29,103 nucleotides of DNA from Flavobacteriales bacterium. GTDB taxonomy: Bacteria; Bacteroidota; Bacteroidia; Flavobacteriales_D; Sanyastnellaceae. The DNA lies in NCBI GenBank assembly GCA_947464885.1, contig CANHYZ010000001.1, forward strand, positions 1 to 29,103, in the 5' to 3' direction. Below, piece by piece: positions 25,124-29,103 of this stretch. Below the pieces are notes generated by a model, which saw nothing but the letters and a program-made list of their open reading frames with translations, did not search any database and had not been told where the DNA came from. The position numbers were made by a program, and so were the translations under genes. Numbering within the stretch: position 1 is the stretch's first letter; each line of letters opens with the position of its first letter.

Positions 25124-26740
25124 ATGACTCAAATCGGACACAAACCCGAAGGAGCCAATCTGGACTACCTCGGACTCAAACACGTAGCCACTGCCTACTG
25201 GAATTTGCACCCGGCAGAACTCGTAGAAGAAACCATCGGCCTTGGACAAGGCGTACTCACCAACACCGGCGCTCTGGCCATTGATACCGGAGAATTTACC
25301 GGTCGCTCGCCCAAGGACAAATTCATCGTTGCCGATGACACGACCAAAGACACCGTATGGTGGGGCGGTCAGTTCAATGTGCCGTTCGATTCCGAGAAAT
25401 TCGACCGTCTGCAAGCCCGTATTTGCGCTTACCTCACCAACCGTGACGTATATGTACGCGACATGTTTGCTTGTGCCGATGAGCGCTACCGTATTGGTGT
25501 GCGCGTTGTGACCGAATACCCTTGGAGCAACATGTTTGCATACAACATGTTCATCCGCCCCTCAAGCGAGCAGCTCGCCAACTTCACTCCCGACTGGAAC
25601 ATCATTTGTGCGCCGGGCTTTATGGCGATTCCTGATCAGGATGGCACCCGTCAGCACAACTTCGCCATACTGAATTTCACCAAGAAAATCGCCATCATCG
25701 GTGGTACCGGTTATACCGGTGAAATCAAGAAAGGAATTTTCACTGTGCTTAACTACGTATTGCCGCAAGACAAGAACGTCCTGAGCATGCACTGCTCGGC
25801 CAATATCGGCGCAGCAGGCGACACCGCCGTTTTCTTCGGTCTGAGCGGAACCGGTAAGACCACGCTGTCTTCCGATCCGAATCGTCAGCTCATCGGCGAC
25901 GACGAGCACGGCTGGACGGACACTACCGTGTTCAACTTTGAAGGTGGTTGCTATGCGAAGACCATCGATTTGACGCACGAAAAAGAACCGCAGATTTATG
26001 ACGCCATTAAGTTTGGCGCTATCCTGGAAAACATCGGCTTTGAAGACGATGGCGTAACTCCCGATTATTCGAACTGCGAGAAAACCGAAAACACCCGTGT
26101 AAGCTATCCGCTCACACACATCGACAATACCGTGAATCCATCAGTGGGTGGTATTCCGAAAAACATTTTCTTCCTCACCTGCGATGCATCCGGTGTTTTG
26201 CCTCCGATTGCGAAGCTTACTAAAGGCCAGGCGATGTACCAATTCATCAGCGGATACACCGCCAAGGTTGCAGGAACAGAAGCCGGAATCACCGAACCAA
26301 CCACGACATTCAGCGCTTGTTTCGGTGCACCATTCCTTCCACTCCACCCTACCAAGTATGCTGAGATGCTCGGCAAGAAAATGGAAGCAAGTGGAGCGCA
26401 AGTGTGGCTCATCAATACCGGCTGGAGCGGTGGCGCTTATGGCACCGGAGAGCGTATGAAGCTCAAGTATACTCGCGCCATGATTACAGCAGCATTGGAA
26501 GGCAAACTGGACGGCGTTCAGTATGAAACGCATGACATTTTCGGTCTTCAAATGCCTACTACCTGTGCAGAGGTACCCGCAGAGTTGCTCAACCCGCGCA
26601 ACACTTGGAAAGACAAATCAGCCTACGATGCAAAAGCCAATGAACTCGCCGAGAAGTTTGTGAAGAACTTCGAGAAGTTCAAGGAATTTGCGAATGAAGA
26701 GATTTTGTCAGCTGCCCCAAAACTGATGGCAAAGGCATAA
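25124..26740 (+). CDS. pckA: Phosphoenolpyruvate carboxykinase (ATP)
   Basis: TGRSPKDKFIV, GGTGYTGEIKK, LSMHCSAN, FGLSGTGKTTLS, IGDDEHGW, NFEGGCYAK, ENTRVSYP, SACFGAPF. Confidence 0.97.
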   Translation: MTQIGHKPEGANLDYLGLKHVATAYWNLHPAELVEETIGLGQGVLTNTGALAIDTGEFTGRSPKDKFIVADDTTKDTVWWGGQFNVPFDSEKFDRLQARICAYLTNRDVYVRDMFACADERYRIGVRVVTEYPWSNMFAYNMFIRPSSEQLANFTPDWNIICAPGFMAIPDQDGTRQHNFAILNFTKKIAIIGGTGYTGEIKKGIFTVLNYVLPQDKNVLSMHCSANIGAAGDTAVFFGLSGTGKTTLSSDPNRQLIGDDEHGWTDTTVFNFEGGCYAKTIDLTHEKEPQIYDAIKFGAILENIGFEDDGVTPDYSNCEKTENTRVSYPLTHIDNTVNPSVGGIPKNIFFLTCDASGVLPPIAKLTKGQAMYQFISGYTAKVAGTEAGITEPTTTFSACFGAPFLPLHPTKYAEMLGKKMEASGAQVWLINTGWSGGAYGTGERMKLKYTRAMITAALEGKLDGVQYETHDIFGLQMPTTCAEVPAELLNPRNTWKDKSAYDAKANELAEKFVKNFEKFKEFANEEILSAAPKLMAKA

Positions 26741-26764
26741 GTCAACTATTCAAACAAACCAATA

Positions 26765-26792
26765 CCAACGCCTCGCAATAGCGGGGCGTTGG
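26765..26792. terminator. Hairpin after pckA
   Basis: CCAACGCCTCGC-AATA-GCGGGGCGTTGG, with no clear U-tract on the + strand. Confidence 0.5.
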
Positions 26793-26807
26793 CATAGAAA
26801 AGCCAAA

Positions 26808-27503
26808 ATGAGGTACATCCTTTTCGTCCTGACCTGCTTGCTTACCCTTTCACTGGAAGCACAAACCTCCTTCACCCTTCAATCGGGAGTATTTATGAAT
26901 GAGCTTGAAGGTGGCTTTGTGAATACCACATCCATAAAGGGAACGAGTTTAAGCATCGGTCTTTCCATAGATCACACACGAGGAAGAGTGTTTGGCTGGT
27001 CATGCGGATATAGTGCTTTCAACAAGTCGTTCGAGTTCGGTTATCCGATAACTACCACCGGCACCATACCGCAAGAAGGACATTACGCAACCGGCTATGT
27101 GGTGAGAGCCCATGAACTACAATCCGCCTTCCTCATGCGACTGGGAAAGCACATCAACTTAAGCGCAGGACCTTACGTTCAAATCAACACCGATGACATC
27201 GTTGCCGGGATGGGTGTGGACGAGGACTTTTATTACCCTTCCCTCCCGCAAGATCTCTACAACAGTATCGAATTTGGGTATCAAGGAAAACTGCAGGTTC
27301 AATTTTTCCTCGGTAATCATTTCTATTTCGGTGGATTTGCCAACGCAGGAGCTTCCGTCACCGATCTGCGCACCAAAGCCTGGAATGACGCCTGGTCATT
27401 TATCACCGGCCAACAAGAAGAATGGGATAGCACCCCCGTGAAAAACGTCTATCAGCATTACGGTGTTTGCATCGGACTCCGAACCAAACAAAAAGACGAT
27501 TGA
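26808..27503 (+). CDS. Small outer-membrane beta-barrel-like protein
   Basis: Signal peptide (LEA|Q), alternating amphipathic strands, and C-terminal YGVCIGLR. Confidence 0.65.
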   Translation: MRYILFVLTCLLTLSLEAQTSFTLQSGVFMNELEGGFVNTTSIKGTSLSIGLSIDHTRGRVFGWSCGYSAFNKSFEFGYPITTTGTIPQEGHYATGYVVRAHELQSAFLMRLGKHINLSAGPYVQINTDDIVAGMGVDEDFYYPSLPQDLYNSIEFGYQGKLQVQFFLGNHFYFGGFANAGASVTDLRTKAWNDAWSFITGQQEEWDSTPVKNVYQHYGVCIGLRTKQKDD

Positions 27504-27517
27504 ATTGTTTTGCAACC

Positions 27518-29103
27518 ATGCGAACCTTTTCACTCCCTTTACTCCACTTTCCACTAACCTTCATCCTAGTCCTTTGGGCCGCTTTTGCCACGGCGCAAAC
27601 CACTTCTATTTCAGGGACCATTACCGCGCTTCCGGCCAATGAGCCGGTACCTTTCGTGCCTGTCGTCATCCAAGGCACCAACACAGGGTCGACAACAGAC
27701 ATTGACGGAAAGTACTCCATAGGCAACCTGCAACCGGGGCTGTATAACATTGAGTGCGCTGCTATCGGCTACAAAAAAGTCATTGTATTCGAAGTGGAGG
27801 CCACCAAGGATCGCCCTGCAATCGTCAATATTCAATTAGAAGAAGTCGTCAATGAAACAGGTCCGGTGGAAATCGTTGGCACACGGCGCTCGAACGAAGA
27901 TGAGTCGCCCGTTTCGGTTCGTTCCATCGGGGTGAATGAAATCAAGCGTAATCCGGGCGGTGACCGCGACATCTCTAAAGTGATTCGCACGCTGCCCGGT
28001 GTAGCAGCGATTCCCAGCTTCCGCAATGACCTGATTATTCGCGGTGGAGCGGCCAACGAGAACCGCTTCTACATCGACGGCATCGAAATCCCGAACATCA
28101 ATCACTTCGCCACACAAGGCTCCAACGGTGGTCCGCGTGGACTCATCAACGTCGATTTGATTAACGAAGTGGAGTTTTATTCCGGAGCATACCCTGCTGC
28201 TCGTGGCAATGCGCTCAGCAGTGTGATGGAGTTTCAGTTCAAAGACCCCAAGCGCGACAAGTGGGCCAGTAACATCATTGTAGGCAGCAGCGATATCGGT
28301 ATCACGCTCGAAGGTCCAACCGGCAAAAACTCCGGGCTGACGTTTTCGGCGCGCAGAAGCTATTTGCAGTTTCTCTTCAGTGCACTGGGGCTGCCTTTTC
28401 TTCCGGCCTACAACGACTACAACCTGAAATGGAAATGGGACATCAACGAGAAAAACAAGCTCTCGATTCTTTCTCTGGGTGCGCTCGATAATTTCACCTT
28501 AAACCTGAAACTGGCCGAAGACACGGCCAATGAAAACTTCGACTTCAATCGTTACCTGCTCGACAACCTCGTCATCAACAACCAGTGGAACTATGCCTTT
28601 GGTGTGAAGTGGGATCATTACGGAGATAAGAGTAAATGGACGGTTGTGGCTAGTCGCAATATGCTACAGAATGATGCTTACAAGTATTACGACAACGACG
28701 AGACCAAAGCCCGCAAGTTTGACTACAGCAGCAGTGAGCAAGAAAATAAGCTGCGCATTGAAAACAAGATCTCGGGCCAAGGCTGGAAACTGCTTTATGG
28801 CGTTTCGTATGAATATGCCCAGTACTTCAACTATTCCAACTTGAGTGAATACAACCCGGCTATACAAGACACCTTCCGGGTTGATTACCGAACGAATTTC
28901 AACATGCACAAATACGGCGCATTCGTTCAGTCGAGTAAGACTTTGCTCAACGATCGCGTGACGCTCTCGGCCGGTTTGCGCGCCGACGGCAATGATTTCA
29001 ATGCCTCGATGAGCAATCTGAAAAACCAGATTTCGCCGCGTGTCTCATTGCGCTACAGCTTCGCCCCGCAGTGGAGCTTCAACGCGAATGCCGGTATTTA
29101 CTA
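27518..29103 (+). CDS. TonB-dependent receptor, 3' end beyond the window
   Basis: Hand translation from ATG 27518: signal peptide (ATA|Q), ISGTIT...EPVPFVPV...TTDIDGKYSI, EIKRNPGGDRDISKVIRTLPGV, LIIRGGAANENRFYIDGIEIPNINHF, GAYPAARGNALSSV. Absent from the ORF track because there is no stop codon in the window. Confidence 0.93.
   Translation, partial: MRTFSLPLLHFPLTFILVLWAAFATAQTTSISGTITALPANEPVPFVPVVIQGTNTGSTTDIDGKYSIGNLQPGLYNIECAAIGYKKVIVFEVEATKDRPAIVNIQLEEVVNETGPVEIVGTRRSNEDESPVSVRSIGVNEIKRNPGGDRDISKVIRTLPGVAAIPSFRNDLIIRGGAANENRFYIDGIEIPNINHFATQGSNGGPRGLINVDLINEVEFYSGAYPAARGNALSSVMEFQFKDPKRDKWASNIIVGSSDIGITLEGPTGKNSGLTFSARRSYLQFLFSALGLPFLPAYNDYNLKWKWDINEKNKLSILSLGALDNFTLNLKLAEDTANENFDFNRYLLDNLVINNQWNYAFGVKWDHYGDKSKWTVVASRNMLQNDAYKYYDNDETKARKFDYSSSEQENKLRIENKISGQGWKLLYGVSYEYAQYFNYSNLSEYNPAIQDTFRVDYRTNFNMHKYGAFVQSSKTLLNDRVTLSAGLRADGNDFNASMSNLKNQISPRVSLRYSFAPQWSFNANAGIY

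Overview
A 29.1-kb chromosomal window from a Bacteroidota bacterium, probably Flavobacteriales-like. The support is T9SS C-terminal sorting domains, TAnnTTTG promoter boxes, and signal peptides that mostly cleave before Gln. It holds about 25 CDSs. Two are cut by the window edges and are missing from the ORF track: a DUF5686-type protein on the minus strand (1-984) and a TonB-dependent receptor from 27518. Housekeeping-type genes are pckA, a suhB-family monophosphatase, a PhnA-domain protein, a 2OG-Fe(II) oxygenase and an ATE/Bpt-family aminoacyl-tRNA-protein transferase. Most of the rest encode envelope or secreted proteins. No rRNA, tRNA, CRISPR array, transposase or integrase was seen. The best leads are as follows. 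(1) A two-gene module, with a small protein that is little more than a T9SS sorting domain placed directly upstream of a mosaic collagen-like fibre that has no sorting domain; this is a candidate piggy-back secretion or anchoring system. (2) That module is bracketed by an intact phnA gene and a decayed, gap-free copy of the phnA 5' end (115/162 nt identical by hand count), which is a scar of duplication or insertion. (3) A T9SS cargo built from seven CBM20/48-like repeats with no visible catalytic domain, with a palindromic operator candidate upstream. (4) A 57-aa Rof-like small ORF missing from the ORF track. (5) An AT-rich GT2 + DUF6044 + methyltransferase cassette. (6) Heptamer repeat arrays immediately upstream of promoter boxes. 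All family names come from motif recognition, not database searches.
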